From NCBI GenBank assembly GCA_016928865.1, contig JAFGJX010000105.1, positions 5,786-69,785 on the forward strand: a stretch of DNA of 64,000 bases. The letters are read 5' to 3'. Both the position numbers and the translations under genes were made by a program. The DNA is from Spirochaetota bacterium. GTDB lineage: Bacteria; Spirochaetota; UBA4802; UBA5550. Positions 26,484-36,487 of this stretch are shown here, piece after piece (positions within the stretch are counted from its first letter, which is position 1; every line of letters begins with the position of its first letter). The notes below the pieces were generated by a model that saw only the letters and a list, made by a program, of their open reading frames with translations, had not been told where the DNA came from and did no database searches.

Positions 26484-28613
26484 TCAACCGTCTGGATTAA
26501 AATTCTTTATCAGGGTGACGCGATTTCCCTTTTTATTGTACTTCACTGAATCGAAGATATTTCTCGCCATTGAAATGCCCCTTCCGTGCGCGTGCATCTG
26601 TCGGTTGGCAGTCCTGGAATTGCTCCGTATGACGCGCGCGTGATTGAACCCCTTTCCCTCGTCAGTGATCGTGAACAGGGCCCTGGTCGCGTCGATTGAA
26701 TAATCTATGCGCACGCGGCGGTCGCGGAAGCGGGGATCCTCGCGCCTTCTGGCGATCAGTTCGAAGTAGCTGTCGTCCATGATGGCCCTGGTCTTTTCGT
26801 TGTAGGAGATGTCAAGGTTGCCGTGCTCGATCGCGTTTATAATCATCTCGCGAAGAGCGATGCGAGCCAGGTTAACGCTTTTGGCGGGCATGAACTTGAG
26901 CATGTTTCTGGTCAGCTGTTGCGTCACGTCCTCTGCCGCGCCGAGGTAGTTGCCGATGTAGAGCCGCTGCGTTTCACTGTCGAAATAGTGCAGCAGCACG
27001 TCTTCTTCCTCGCTGGTGGCCTTGCCGAGAATCTCGCTTTTTCCTTCGACATTGATGAATTCGAGCTTGACCTGCAGCTCCTTCGGCTCCGCGATGATGC
27101 TTGACTTGAACGCGGCCTTGAAGGAGAGCGGCTCGCGGGTAGCTATAAATGTTTCGAGCTTTTCCATGATGAGCTTCTTGCTCACCTCCGCGTCAGGCGT
27201 TTCGTCGTAAATCAGGTCGAGGAAGTTCATAGGCGGCAGCACGTCCGGGTCCAGCTTGAGCTGGGTGCGTATTGCGTTGTTGATCGTCAGAAAGTTCCAT
27301 TTTTCGTCGAGGGAGAAGATGATGTCGTTCGTGCCTTCCACGAGGCGCCGGTACTTTTCGCGGGCCTGTATCGACGCGAGCTGCGCCTCGTTTTTTTCCT
27401 GGTTGATGATGTTGATCCGGTCGGCAAGCGCGAGCGAGAGGAGCGTGACCTCGAGTGCGGAGCCGATCTGGTTCGCGTATTCGGTGATGAAGATGACCGG
27501 GAGGACATGGAGCTTGTTCAGCGCGATGAGCACCAGGCCGCACAGGAAAAAGATCCAGGCGATAAGGAAGAAGCGCGCCGGCCGGAACCCGCGCTTCATG
27601 CAGACGACGGCCGAAATGATGATGACCAGCGAGGCGAGCACCATCAGCTTCATCGCGGATTCGATCGCGGTGAGGTAGTCGCCGAAAATCGAATAGGCCA
27701 TCACCGCGACGCCGATAAGCATGATGCCGATCACGCACCGGTCCATCATGCGGGCCTGCTCTTTGAGGTGGAGGAAGCTCCTGGTGAAGACGGCCATGAG
27801 GAATATCGCGAGCCCTATCAGGAAGGGTATGCTGATATTGTGCCAGCCCGGATACGCGGGCCACAGGAATTTGTATGCCAGGCCGTTGTACGCCATCTGG
27901 ACGAGCCCGTACGAGGCGATATATATGACGTAAAAGAGGTAGCTTTTGTCCCGAATGAAGAAGAAAAGGAAGAGGTTGTACAGCATCATGACCATGATGA
28001 TGCCGTAGTATATACCGAGAAAGAAATTCTCGATTATAATCTTTTCAGAAAAAGCGGCCGGTGACCAGAGGGTCAGGGGGAACTGCTTCGCGCAGCGTCC
28101 GGCGAAACGCAGATAGATGGTCTGCTCGGCGCCTGCATGGACAGGTATGGAAAAGACAAAATTACGATAGCGCACCTCCCTCTGCGTGAAAGGGAGGAGG
28201 TCGCCGGATTTTTTCATCGTGAAAACGCCCGGTTTGTCGCGGTAATATATTTCAACGATATCCATATGGGGGTAATCCAGCTCGATGAACCATTGCTCGT
28301 CGCGTTGGAAATCGTTCGAAATCTTGATCCTTGCCCAGTAGGCGGCATCATTGAAACCGAAGCTGGGCGAATTGCTCATCTCGGGAAGATAGCGGGCCGC
28401 CATTGCGGGCGATGACGCTTCTCGTATCGTCATCACGCCGGAGCGGTCTTCGAGAATCGACATGTGGGACCCGAGAGAAGCACGGCCTTGTGCGGCGGCG
28501 AGCCTGACGGGGGTTTCCACTCGCGCCGTTTCAGCAGACCGTGCGTCCGCGGTGAGGACAAGCAACAGGCCGAGTATGACGACTGCCGGCGCGGCATAAA
28601 AGTGATTCTTCAT
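26484..28613 (-). CDS. 7TMR-DISM receptor fused to a PAS-like region and a SpoIIAB/RsbW-type HATPase domain
   Basis: Signal peptide, periplasmic DISMED2-like segment (YWARIKISN), seven hydrophobic helices, coiled linker, then ALREMIINAIEHGN...ITDEGKGFN...HGRGISMARN. Start trimmed to ATG 28613. Confidence 0.75.
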   Translation of the reverse strand: MKNHFYAAPAVVILGLLLVLTADARSAETARVETPVRLAAAQGRASLGSHMSILEDRSGVMTIREASSPAMAARYLPEMSNSPSFGFNDAAYWARIKISNDFQRDEQWFIELDYPHMDIVEIYYRDKPGVFTMKKSGDLLPFTQREVRYRNFVFSIPVHAGAEQTIYLRFAGRCAKQFPLTLWSPAAFSEKIIIENFFLGIYYGIIMVMMLYNLFLFFFIRDKSYLFYVIYIASYGLVQMAYNGLAYKFLWPAYPGWHNISIPFLIGLAIFLMAVFTRSFLHLKEQARMMDRCVIGIMLIGVAVMAYSIFGDYLTAIESAMKLMVLASLVIIISAVVCMKRGFRPARFFLIAWIFFLCGLVLIALNKLHVLPVIFITEYANQIGSALEVTLLSLALADRINIINQEKNEAQLASIQAREKYRRLVEGTNDIIFSLDEKWNFLTINNAIRTQLKLDPDVLPPMNFLDLIYDETPDAEVSKKLIMEKLETFIATREPLSFKAAFKSSIIAEPKELQVKLEFINVEGKSEILGKATSEEEDVLLHYFDSETQRLYIGNYLGAAEDVTQQLTRNMLKFMPAKSVNLARIALREMIINAIEHGNLDISYNEKTRAIMDDSYFELIARRREDPRFRDRRVRIDYSIDATRALFTITDEGKGFNHARVIRSNSRTANRQMHAHGRGISMARNIFDSVKYNKKGNRVTLIKNFNPDG

Positions 28614-28884
28614 GGCTAACAATCTGGTATGTAATGTTATACCGGGTCTGGCGCGCGGTTGACAACAGGTTGCTTGCGCCGCCACCTGGTCCGGGTCCTG
28701 ACCATTTTCAGTATTCGTAAGATGGTGAGGATCTTTCAATGAAAATCAAGAAATTTTTACCGCATGATGGAAAATTCATGCACTGCCGAGGTTTTTTTAT
28801 TGTAAAATAGATCTTCCGGTTCAGTATAAGGTATGAAAACGCAACGGCAGGGGGTGTTTGCCCTCGCGCAAGGAGGAATGGCAG

Positions 28885-29439
28885 TTGGACAATGATCGAA
28901 TCAGAAAGGCCGTAATAGATATCCTGGAGGCGATCGGCGAAGACCCGGATCGTCCGGGCCTGCAGGGGACCCCGGACCGCGTGGCCCGCATGTACGCGGA
29001 CATCTTTGGCGGAGACCGTAATGACGTGGCAGAGATACTCGGGACGGCCCATCAGCTTGATTATGACGAAATGGTGGTAGTCAAGGATATAAGCTTTTAT
29101 TCGATGTGCGAGCACCACATGCTGCCGTTTTTCGGTGTCTGCCATATCGCCTATCTGCCGGACAACAAGAGGATTGTCGGCCTGAGCAAGCTGGCCCGGA
29201 TTGTGGACGTGTTCAGCAGAAAGCTGCAGATTCAGGAGCATTTCACCACCGAGATCGCGGATGCGATCATGAAGCATGTCCGCCCCAAGGGCGTCGGGGT
29301 TGTTGTGAAGGCCCGTCACCTGTGCATGGAGATGCGTGGCGTCAGGAAGCCGGGAGCGAGCACCGTCACCTCTGTTGTACGGGGCATTTTCAGGAGCGAT
29401 ATCAGGACCAGGGAGGAATTTTTAAAGCTGATCGAGTGA
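28885..29439 (+). CDS. folE: GTP cyclohydrolase I
   Basis: GTPDRVARMY and FYSMCEHHMLPFFG motifs. TTG 28885 lies 8 nt after AGGAGG; the ORF track starts at TTG 28858. Confidence 0.9.
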   Translation: MDNDRIRKAVIDILEAIGEDPDRPGLQGTPDRVARMYADIFGGDRNDVAEILGTAHQLDYDEMVVVKDISFYSMCEHHMLPFFGVCHIAYLPDNKRIVGLSKLARIVDVFSRKLQIQEHFTTEIADAIMKHVRPKGVGVVVKARHLCMEMRGVRKPGASTVTSVVRGIFRSDIRTREEFLKLIE

Positions 29440-29578
29440 ATTAATCTTGACAGGCGGCTTGGGGGACATAATTATCTTTATATATCAGTTTATGACCTCC
29501 GGGACGGCAGACCGTTCATGCAACAGGCTACCGGTCGCAGGCCGGGATGACAGCAATTAATATACGGCAGAGCAGGAT

Positions 29579-30196
29579 ATGAAAAAAACAAATATCGGGG
29601 TGCTTATCTCCGGTTCGGGGACAAATCTGCAGTCGATTATCGATAAGGCCGAGGCGGGTGATCTGCCGGTCAATGTCGCCTGTGTTATTTCCGACAGGGA
29701 AAAGGCGTATGGCCTCGAGCGCGCGAAGAAGCACGGCATCCCCGCCGTTTTCGTGGATCGCAAGGGATACGCGCTTCGCGAAGCGCATGAAGACGCCATC
29801 ATCGGGGTGCTGGACAAATACAATGTCGAGCTGATCGTATGCGCCGGATATATGCGACTACTCACTCACCATATCATCAGCCGTTACCGGAACCGCATCA
29901 TCAACATTCATCCGGCTCTTCTTCCCAGCTTTCCCGGCACCGACGGGTATGGGGACGCGTGGCGGTACGGCGTGAAGGTGAGCGGCTGCACGGTTCATTT
30001 TGTCGACGAAGGGTGTGACACTGGTCCGATCATCCTTCAGGGCATCAATCCGGTTGACAATGACGATACGTTTGAGAGCTTCAGGGAGCGCGGGCTGGCG
30101 ATCGAGCACCGGGTATTCCCGGAGGCGATAAAGCTTTATTGCGAGGGAAGATTGAAGATCGAGGGAAGACGAGTAAGAATTCTTGACAAGGAGTGA
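29579..30196 (+). CDS. purN: Phosphoribosylglycinamide formyltransferase
   Basis: IGVLISGSGTNLQSIID, INIHPALLPSFPG, GCTVHFVDEGCDTGPII. Confidence 0.92.
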   Translation: MKKTNIGVLISGSGTNLQSIIDKAEAGDLPVNVACVISDREKAYGLERAKKHGIPAVFVDRKGYALREAHEDAIIGVLDKYNVELIVCAGYMRLLTHHIISRYRNRIINIHPALLPSFPGTDGYGDAWRYGVKVSGCTVHFVDEGCDTGPIILQGINPVDNDDTFESFRERGLAIEHRVFPEAIKLYCEGRLKIEGRRVRILDKE

Positions 30197-30199
30197 CAT

Positions 30200-30919
30200 A
30201 TGGAAAAAGGATTCGAAGTGCTGGAGAAAATGGAATATCCCGGTCGTATCATTATAATCGGCAAGAGTCCTGCGGGGGACGACGTGGTCATGTATGCCAT
30301 CACGGGGAGGAGTCCTTCGAGCCAGGCGCGCCGGTTTGAAAAAGAGAAAAAAAACGTATTCGTGAAGCCGACAGATGAAAAGACGCTGCAGTCGGGCAAC
30401 CCTGACCTGCTCATCTACCCCTGCATGCAGGTGGGACGCTTCAAGTGGATCGCGGTCAGCAACGGCAAGCAGACGCCGGATATTCTGCTCCAGTTCAAGA
30501 AGGGCATGTCGGCGGTTGCCGCCCTGGGCAATGCGCTGGGATCATGGGAGTTCGAGCCGGACGCTCCGAATTTTACGCCGCGGATCAGCGGCTGCGTCGC
30601 AGAGGGCGCCGCTCTCTCGATCATCAGGCGCGCGGCGGACGGAACCGTGTCGCGTTCCTATTTCGAGGTGCCGAAAACGCCGGGCAGGGGCAAGCTCATA
30701 GCGACCTATTCCGGCGTGAATGCGGACCCGCTGCCGTCATTTACCGGCGAGCCGCTCGACATGGAGATACCGTACGCAACGGCGCGGGAAGCGGCGACCG
30801 CCTTCTACAAGTCGCTGGCGCCGGCGAAGGGGAGGGATGATTACAGGGTTTCCGTGGCCGTGGTGTATCGCGACACCGCGGGCAAGATTAAATTCGTCAT
30901 CAAAAACAGGAACAAGTAG
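30200..30919 (+). CDS. purO: PurO-type IMP cyclohydrolase
   Basis: YPGRIIIIGKSPAGDDVVMYAITGRSPSSQARR...VSNGKQT...TPRISG parallels the archaeal PurO pattern (YxGRxxxxGxxxxGxxxxYxxxxRS...SNG...TPRI). Recognised by eye. Confidence 0.7.
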   Translation: MEKGFEVLEKMEYPGRIIIIGKSPAGDDVVMYAITGRSPSSQARRFEKEKKNVFVKPTDEKTLQSGNPDLLIYPCMQVGRFKWIAVSNGKQTPDILLQFKKGMSAVAALGNALGSWEFEPDAPNFTPRISGCVAEGAALSIIRRAADGTVSRSYFEVPKTPGRGKLIATYSGVNADPLPSFTGEPLDMEIPYATAREAATAFYKSLAPAKGRDDYRVSVAVVYRDTAGKIKFVIKNRNK

Positions 30920-30974
30920 GCGCGGCTGGCAGTCGCGCATTCAATAGATTATATTTTCCGGCGGGAGAGATAGC

Positions 30975-32129
30975 ATGGCAACAGACGTTTCATCTTTTAA
31001 AGACGCTTACAAAAAGGCGATCCAGAGCGATTTCCCGCCGGAAGCGATGCTTGTCATCGGCGAGAGGAAGATCCCGCTGAAAAAAGTCGGGATACAGCTA
31101 CGGTACGGGACAAACCCGCACCAGCCGTTTATCGCCTACGCACCGGCCGGCAGCGAAACCCTCTCCGTGGGCAATCTGGACATCCTCAAGGGAGGGAAGG
31201 ACGGCCTCTCCCTTACCAATCTTCAGGACATGAGCCAGGCCCTGAACCTGCTCAAATTTTTCGACAGGCCGGCGTGCGCCATCATGAAACATGTCAATCC
31301 ATGCGGCTTCAAGGTCGAGACCGGCAACGAGTCGCTTCCGGAGATATACCGGATCGCGCGAAACTGCGATGAGAGAAGCGCATTCGGGTCGATCATTGGC
31401 TTTAACAGACCGGTGGACGGGCCGACCGCCGAGGCCATCATGGAGAGCTTTGTCGAGGGTATCATAGCTCCCGACTATACCGAAGGCGCCCTCGAAATCC
31501 TCAGGCGAAACGAGGGCACCAGGAAGCTTAACAACGCAATCCGCGTGGCCAGGGTCGCGAACATGGACCGGTTGCCCAAGTTCATCGGCGATGAGGTGAC
31601 GGGTTACTACAATCTGCGTAACCTGGTGGACGGATCCCTGACGGTCGAGGTGCCCTACCTCACGCGCATCAGATCGTCCGCCGACTTTATCGTCGATCCC
31701 ATGATCCCCAACGCCGATCCCGCCAAAAACGGCGGAAAGGACTATGTCGTTCGCCGGGCCCCGACCAAGACCGAACTGGACGATTGCCTTACCGCGTGGT
31801 ATGTGAACATCAACGTGCGGTCAAACGGGATCGTGTTCGTCAAGGACGGCGCCGCGGTGGCGGTCGGGACCGGCGAACAGGAGCGCATCGGTGCTGTTGA
31901 GCAGGCGATCGAGAAGGCCGGCAAGAAGGGGCACAGCCTCAAGGGCGCGGTCATGTCGTCTGACGCCTTTTTCCCGCAGCGCGACAGCATTGACGCGGTC
32001 GCTGCGGAGGGCGTCACCGCGGTGGTCTGGCCCGCCGGGTCCCTCAACGACGCGCTGGTGATAGAAGCGGCCAACGAGCACAATATCGCCCTGATGGCCA
32101 CCCTGGAGCGGTGCTTCCTCCATATCTGA
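30975..32129 (+). CDS. purH: AICAR formyltransferase (PurH C-terminal domain only; no MGS-like IMP cyclohydrolase domain)
   Basis: LRYGTNPHQ, AIMKHVNPCGF and VAVGTGEQERIGAVEQAI motifs. At 384 aa it lacks the ~200-aa N-terminal IMPCH domain of bifunctional PurH. Confidence 0.85.
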   Translation: MATDVSSFKDAYKKAIQSDFPPEAMLVIGERKIPLKKVGIQLRYGTNPHQPFIAYAPAGSETLSVGNLDILKGGKDGLSLTNLQDMSQALNLLKFFDRPACAIMKHVNPCGFKVETGNESLPEIYRIARNCDERSAFGSIIGFNRPVDGPTAEAIMESFVEGIIAPDYTEGALEILRRNEGTRKLNNAIRVARVANMDRLPKFIGDEVTGYYNLRNLVDGSLTVEVPYLTRIRSSADFIVDPMIPNADPAKNGGKDYVVRRAPTKTELDDCLTAWYVNINVRSNGIVFVKDGAAVAVGTGEQERIGAVEQAIEKAGKKGHSLKGAVMSSDAFFPQRDSIDAVAAEGVTAVVWPAGSLNDALVIEAANEHNIALMATLERCFLHI

Positions 32130-32169
32130 GTCCCCCCGGGCCCGTCATACTGTCTCAGGGAGAATATCC

Positions 32170-34308
32170 ATGAGCAAACCTCAAATCCTGGTGGTGGAAG
32201 ACGACGCCGTGTCCGGCATGTACCTCAAGACAGTGCTCGAGGATTACGGATACGACGTCCCCGCCGTGGCATCGTCACTTGACGAGGTCATTGCCTGCCT
32301 GCCGAAGATACACCCCGATCTCGTGCTCATGGATATCGTCCTCAGGGGGGCAGGCGACGGCATCGACGCGGCTGGAAGTATCGCGGCCACGCGCGATGTG
32401 CCGGTGATCTTCCTTACCGCGCACACCGATGAGGAGATGGTCGGCAGGGCGCGCATGACCGGGCCCTACGGTTTTCTGGTGAAGCCGGTCAATGTCAGCG
32501 AGCTGCATATCGCGATCGAATTCGCCCTGTACCGCCACCGGATGGAATCCATGCTCAGAAGGAGCGAGGAGCTCTACCGGGGGATCGTGGAGAACATGCC
32601 GCTCATGATATGCCGCTATCTGCCGGGGGATGCAACAATTACATTTGTCAACGAGGAGTTCTGCCAGTTCTTCAATGTCGACAGGGATAAGGTGATCGGG
32701 CAAAGCATACTGGAGATTTCCCCTTTCGCTGAAAACGCTTCCATAATCAGGTCTTTTTTATCGCGTTCCGGCGATGAGAGAACTGTTAGCTACGAGCACT
32801 CGCTCAGCACGCCGGGCGGGGAGCGGTGGCTCCGCTGCACAGAGCAGGCCATCCTGGACGAGCGGGGCGCGGTGGTCGAATGTCAGTCCATCTGCCAGGA
32901 TATTACTGAACGGCGGCGAATTGAGATGGCGCTCGCGGAGAGCGAGGAAAAGTTCCGGCACCTCTTTGAGCTGTCCGCCGATGGGCAGCTGCTTTTTGTG
33001 GACAGGAAAATCGTCGATTGCAACAGCGCGGCCCTGCAGCTCTTCAGGGCCGGGAGCAAGGAGCAGCTGATCGGGAAGAAGCCGGACGAGCTGTCGCCGC
33101 CGTTTCAGCCGGACGGCTCCGCCAGCAGGGACCGGGTGAATGAGATATTTGACTTTGTATATGAGCTCGAAAGCCTCAGCTTCGAGTGGGCGCATCGGTC
33201 GCTGGACGGGCGGGATGTCCCTGTCGACGTTACCGCGACTGTTATCATGATCGGCGGCAGGCAGGTCGTCCATGCGGTCCTGAAGGACATCACCGTGCGG
33301 AAGCTCGCCCAGAGCGCCCTGCGCCGGAGTGAGAAGCAGTATCGTGTCCTCGTGGAAACGATGAGCGATGGAATGGTGCAGGTCGGCGATGGCGGCGTCG
33401 TGACGTTCGTGAACGACCGGTTCTGTGAAATGGTGGAGCGGCCGAAAAAGGAGATACTCGGGAGCCCGGTTACGGACTTCATTGACGAAGACGACCGCGA
33501 GAAATTCCGCAGGGCAGCCTTCACGAAAAAGCAGATCAGAAAAAGCCAGTACGAGATTACCCTGCGAACCGTTTCCGGCGAAAATGTCTATACGATCGTT
33601 TCGCTCCGCAGCGTGCAGGAGAGCCAGTGGAGACCGTCGGGCATAGTCGCGGTGTTTACCGACATCACCGACCGCAGGTACCTGGAGCGGCAGGTCCTTG
33701 AGATAAGCATGAAAGAGCAGCAGCGTATCGGCCGCGACCTGCATGACGACCTCGGGCAGATCCTGACCGGGACCGGATTCCTGTGCGAGTCGCTGGTGAA
33801 GAAGCTCGCCAATCAGTCCCTTCCCGAAGCAGAGGACGCGCGCGCGGTGTCCGCGCTTATCAACGAGGCCAAGGACCACACCCGGCTTCTTTCGCGGGGG
33901 CTTTCTCCTGTTGAAGTCGATTCCGGCGGGATCATTGACGCCCTCGAGCGGCTGGTCAGGAGCGTGGAAAACATGTTCGCGGTGACCTGCAGACTCGAGT
34001 ATGATCCTGAACTGAATATCAACGACAGTATTGTCGAGACCCAGTTCCACTATATCGTGCAGGAATCGGTGAATAACGCGATCAAGCACGGCCGCGCCAG
34101 GCGCATTACGGTACGCCTCAAGAAAAAAGACGGCCAGGTGCATCTTGCCGTCAAAGACGACGGCGTCGGCATTCCCTCTGATATCGAGCTTCCCAAGGGA
34201 ATGGGGCTCAGGATCATGCAGTATCGCGCGAACGCGATCGGCGCGTCGATAACCATACGTAACAACAGGGGAAAGGGGGCCGTCGTTTCATGCGTCTGGA
34301 ACCGTTAG
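32170..34308 (+). CDS. Hybrid sensor kinase: receiver, three PAS-like regions, HisKA_3, HATPase
   Basis: N-terminal ILVVEDD...DLVLMDI receiver. H-box RIGRDLHDDLGQILTG. ESVNNAIKHG...DDGVGI...GMGLRIM. Confidence 0.85.
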   Translation: MSKPQILVVEDDAVSGMYLKTVLEDYGYDVPAVASSLDEVIACLPKIHPDLVLMDIVLRGAGDGIDAAGSIAATRDVPVIFLTAHTDEEMVGRARMTGPYGFLVKPVNVSELHIAIEFALYRHRMESMLRRSEELYRGIVENMPLMICRYLPGDATITFVNEEFCQFFNVDRDKVIGQSILEISPFAENASIIRSFLSRSGDERTVSYEHSLSTPGGERWLRCTEQAILDERGAVVECQSICQDITERRRIEMALAESEEKFRHLFELSADGQLLFVDRKIVDCNSAALQLFRAGSKEQLIGKKPDELSPPFQPDGSASRDRVNEIFDFVYELESLSFEWAHRSLDGRDVPVDVTATVIMIGGRQVVHAVLKDITVRKLAQSALRRSEKQYRVLVETMSDGMVQVGDGGVVTFVNDRFCEMVERPKKEILGSPVTDFIDEDDREKFRRAAFTKKQIRKSQYEITLRTVSGENVYTIVSLRSVQESQWRPSGIVAVFTDITDRRYLERQVLEISMKEQQRIGRDLHDDLGQILTGTGFLCESLVKKLANQSLPEAEDARAVSALINEAKDHTRLLSRGLSPVEVDSGGIIDALERLVRSVENMFAVTCRLEYDPELNINDSIVETQFHYIVQESVNNAIKHGRARRITVRLKKKDGQVHLAVKDDGVGIPSDIELPKGMGLRIMQYRANAIGASITIRNNRGKGAVVSCVWNR

Positions 34309-34392
34309 GAAACGCCGCTGTAAAAGGCCGAATAAAAAATATTGACAGCCCCCGGCACGGGGCTATGATTTCCCAGGTAACGGGCAAAAACG

Positions 34393-35049
34393 ATGGCGAA
34401 AAAAAAGGTTCTTATTGTTGACGATCACCCCGTGGTGCGGCAGGGGCTTGCCGCTTTTATAAACGGGGAGGACGACTTCATGGTGTGCGGCGACACTGAA
34501 GACGCCGGAGGCGCCATAAAGCTTATCAATGAGCTCGATCCGGACATTATAATCGCTGATCTGTCTCTGAAGGGCACCAGCGGTATTGAGCTGGCGTCTG
34601 CGGTCAGGGCCCGCTTCGATATTCCGGTGCTTATTCTCTCGATGCATGACGAGAATTTTTACGCCGAGCGGGCGATCAGGGCTGGCGCGCGCGGATATAT
34701 CATGAAGAAGGAATCGATGGAAACCGTGGTCAAGGCCCTCCGGAACATACTTGACGGAAAGATATACGTAAGTGATGTTCTGAAAGAGCGTCTTCTTGGC
34801 AGGCTCCTGGCCTCTCCCGGCGATATTGTGCGCTCGCCGCTTGAAAGCCTCACGAACAGGGAAATGGACGTGTTCCAGCGCATCGGGAAAGGGCTCTCCA
34901 ACCGGCACATTGCTCGTGAACTCTCCCTCAGCGTCAAGACCGTTGAAACCTATCGCTCCCGTATAATCGATAAGCTGAAATTAAAAGATTCCAGCGAGCT
35001 GGCACTCTATGCGGTCAAGTGGCACCAGTCCGGCGATCACAATGATTAA
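34393..35049 (+). CDS. NarL/LuxR-family response regulator
   Basis: VLIVDDHPVVRQGL receiver and a LuxR helix-turn-helix (LTNREMDVFQRIGKGLSNRHIARELSLSVKTVETYRSRI). Confidence 0.92.
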   Translation: MAKKKVLIVDDHPVVRQGLAAFINGEDDFMVCGDTEDAGGAIKLINELDPDIIIADLSLKGTSGIELASAVRARFDIPVLILSMHDENFYAERAIRAGARGYIMKKESMETVVKALRNILDGKIYVSDVLKERLLGRLLASPGDIVRSPLESLTNREMDVFQRIGKGLSNRHIARELSLSVKTVETYRSRIIDKLKLKDSSELALYAVKWHQSGDHND

Positions 35050-35422
35050 TCCACCCGTATAAGGGAATTCCCCTACAATAAATGTAGAGGTTTTACGACC
35101 CGGATGTAAGAGTTTCAGGGATTGCTTTTTTTTGACCGGTATGGTTATATTATATCCGTTAACAATCATTTCAGCAGCGTATTTGATTATTCAGTGCGCT
35201 CGAGAGATAGAATGTTATCCTGCTCTTTACAACTTGTGGCATAAACAACTTCACCTTGAAACAGAAGTGGATGAATGTGTTACCCAAACAACAATGTTTC
35301 ATATCCCCCCCATTTTTTTCTCCATGCTACAGGTTGTAAACGAGCAGTTTTTTTTCGGGTCCCCCGACATATGCTGCGTAAAGAAACACCTGGACGGCGG
35401 TCTGTCATTGCACGGGGTCATC

Positions 35423-36256
35423 TCAGAGGGAGTTCCTGAACTTTTCAAATTCATCCGCTTTCATTGAAAACCGTTCTTCTTCAGAGGGAAACGTGCCGTT
35501 TTTGACCTCGTCGATATAGCTACGGATCCCATCAAGCGATGCGCCGTAAATGTCAGCGAATATCTTGACGAATTTTGGCTTGAACCGCTTGAAGAGCCCG
35601 AGCATGTCATTCAGCACCAGTACCTGCCCGTCGCAGCCCGCACCCGCGCCGATGCCGATGGTGGGGATCCCGAGGATGCCGGTTATAACCTCGGCTATCT
35701 GCCAGGGGACGCATTCCAGGACAATGCTGAAGCATCCGGCCTCCTCGAACGCCTTCGCCTGCTCCACGAGTCGCCTGGCGGTCTCGATGTCCTTTCCCTG
35801 CACGATGCCGCCCAGCTTGTCGGCTGTCTGCGGTGTGAAGCCGATATGCCCCATCACCGGGATGCCGCTCTGCACAATCCGCCCGGTCACCGCGATTGTG
35901 TTTTCGAACCACTCGATCTTGACCGCCTGGCATCCGGCTTCTTCCGTGAAGCGTCGCGCCGCCGGCAGTGCCAGCTCCGGGTCGACCTGGCAGGAGCAGT
36001 AGGGCATGTCGCCGACGACCATGGCGCGCTCGGTCCCCCTGACGACGGCGCGGCTGTGCATGACCATCTCGTCAAGGCTTATTTCGGTCGTTGATTCCAT
36101 GCCGAGGACCACGTTGGCCATGGAGTCGCCCACCAGTATGATGTCGATCCCTGCGGCGTCGAGTATCGGCGCGAATGAAAAATCATACGCGGTGAGCATT
36201 GTAATTTTCTGCTTCTTCTTTTTCATTTCGGTGATTGACGGAACGGTCTGTCTCAT
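35423..36256 (-). CDS. panB: 3-methyl-2-oxobutanoate hydroxymethyltransferase
   Basis: KITMLTAYDFSFAPILDAAGIDIILVGDSMANVVLG and the rest of the canonical PanB sequence. Confidence 0.95.
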   Translation of the reverse strand: MRQTVPSITEMKKKKQKITMLTAYDFSFAPILDAAGIDIILVGDSMANVVLGMESTTEISLDEMVMHSRAVVRGTERAMVVGDMPYCSCQVDPELALPAARRFTEEAGCQAVKIEWFENTIAVTGRIVQSGIPVMGHIGFTPQTADKLGGIVQGKDIETARRLVEQAKAFEEAGCFSIVLECVPWQIAEVITGILGIPTIGIGAGAGCDGQVLVLNDMLGLFKRFKPKFVKIFADIYGASLDGIRSYIDEVKNGTFPSEEERFSMKADEFEKFRNSL

Positions 36257-36487
36257 GACGGCCTCTTGTTTTCGATGATATAGAGCATGTCGCTGCTAGG
36301 ATTATACAGGTTTTCGGCGGTACAGTCAATATATTTTCAGTATCCTGACAGGGATCGAATACGAGCGTTATATTCGAACAGGCATTACGGCCGCTCCGGC
36401 GTAACAACGAGAGCGGGATGCGGCTACTGGCGCGGCAAATTGTGATAAAATAAATTATTGACTTCAATATCCTGATGGTATATTGTT

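Noticed and set aside
28614-28884. Possible preQ1 or THF riboswitch upstream of folE
   Set aside because: Only a 6-bp long-range pairing (CTGCCG...CGGCAG) and a small GGG/CCC hairpin were seen. Neither the preQ1-I/II nor the THF consensus features were recognisable by eye.
29440-29578. Possible ZTP (pfl) riboswitch upstream of the purN-purO-purH genes
   Set aside because: The conserved CCGCCUGGGC-type 3' module is not present.
32758-34143. 461-aa ORF antisense to the hybrid histidine kinase
   Set aside because: The sense strand encodes a complete REC-PAS-HisKA_3-HATPase protein. The antisense frame is a shadow ORF.
35050-35422. 373-nt gap between the convergent NarL-type regulator gene and panB, including a 111-aa ORF (35132-35467) that runs into panB
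   Set aside because: The ORF overlaps panB, has an odd composition and has no RBS. No convincing terminator or RNA structure was found. A T-run precedes rather than follows the TCGGG/CCCGA hairpin.
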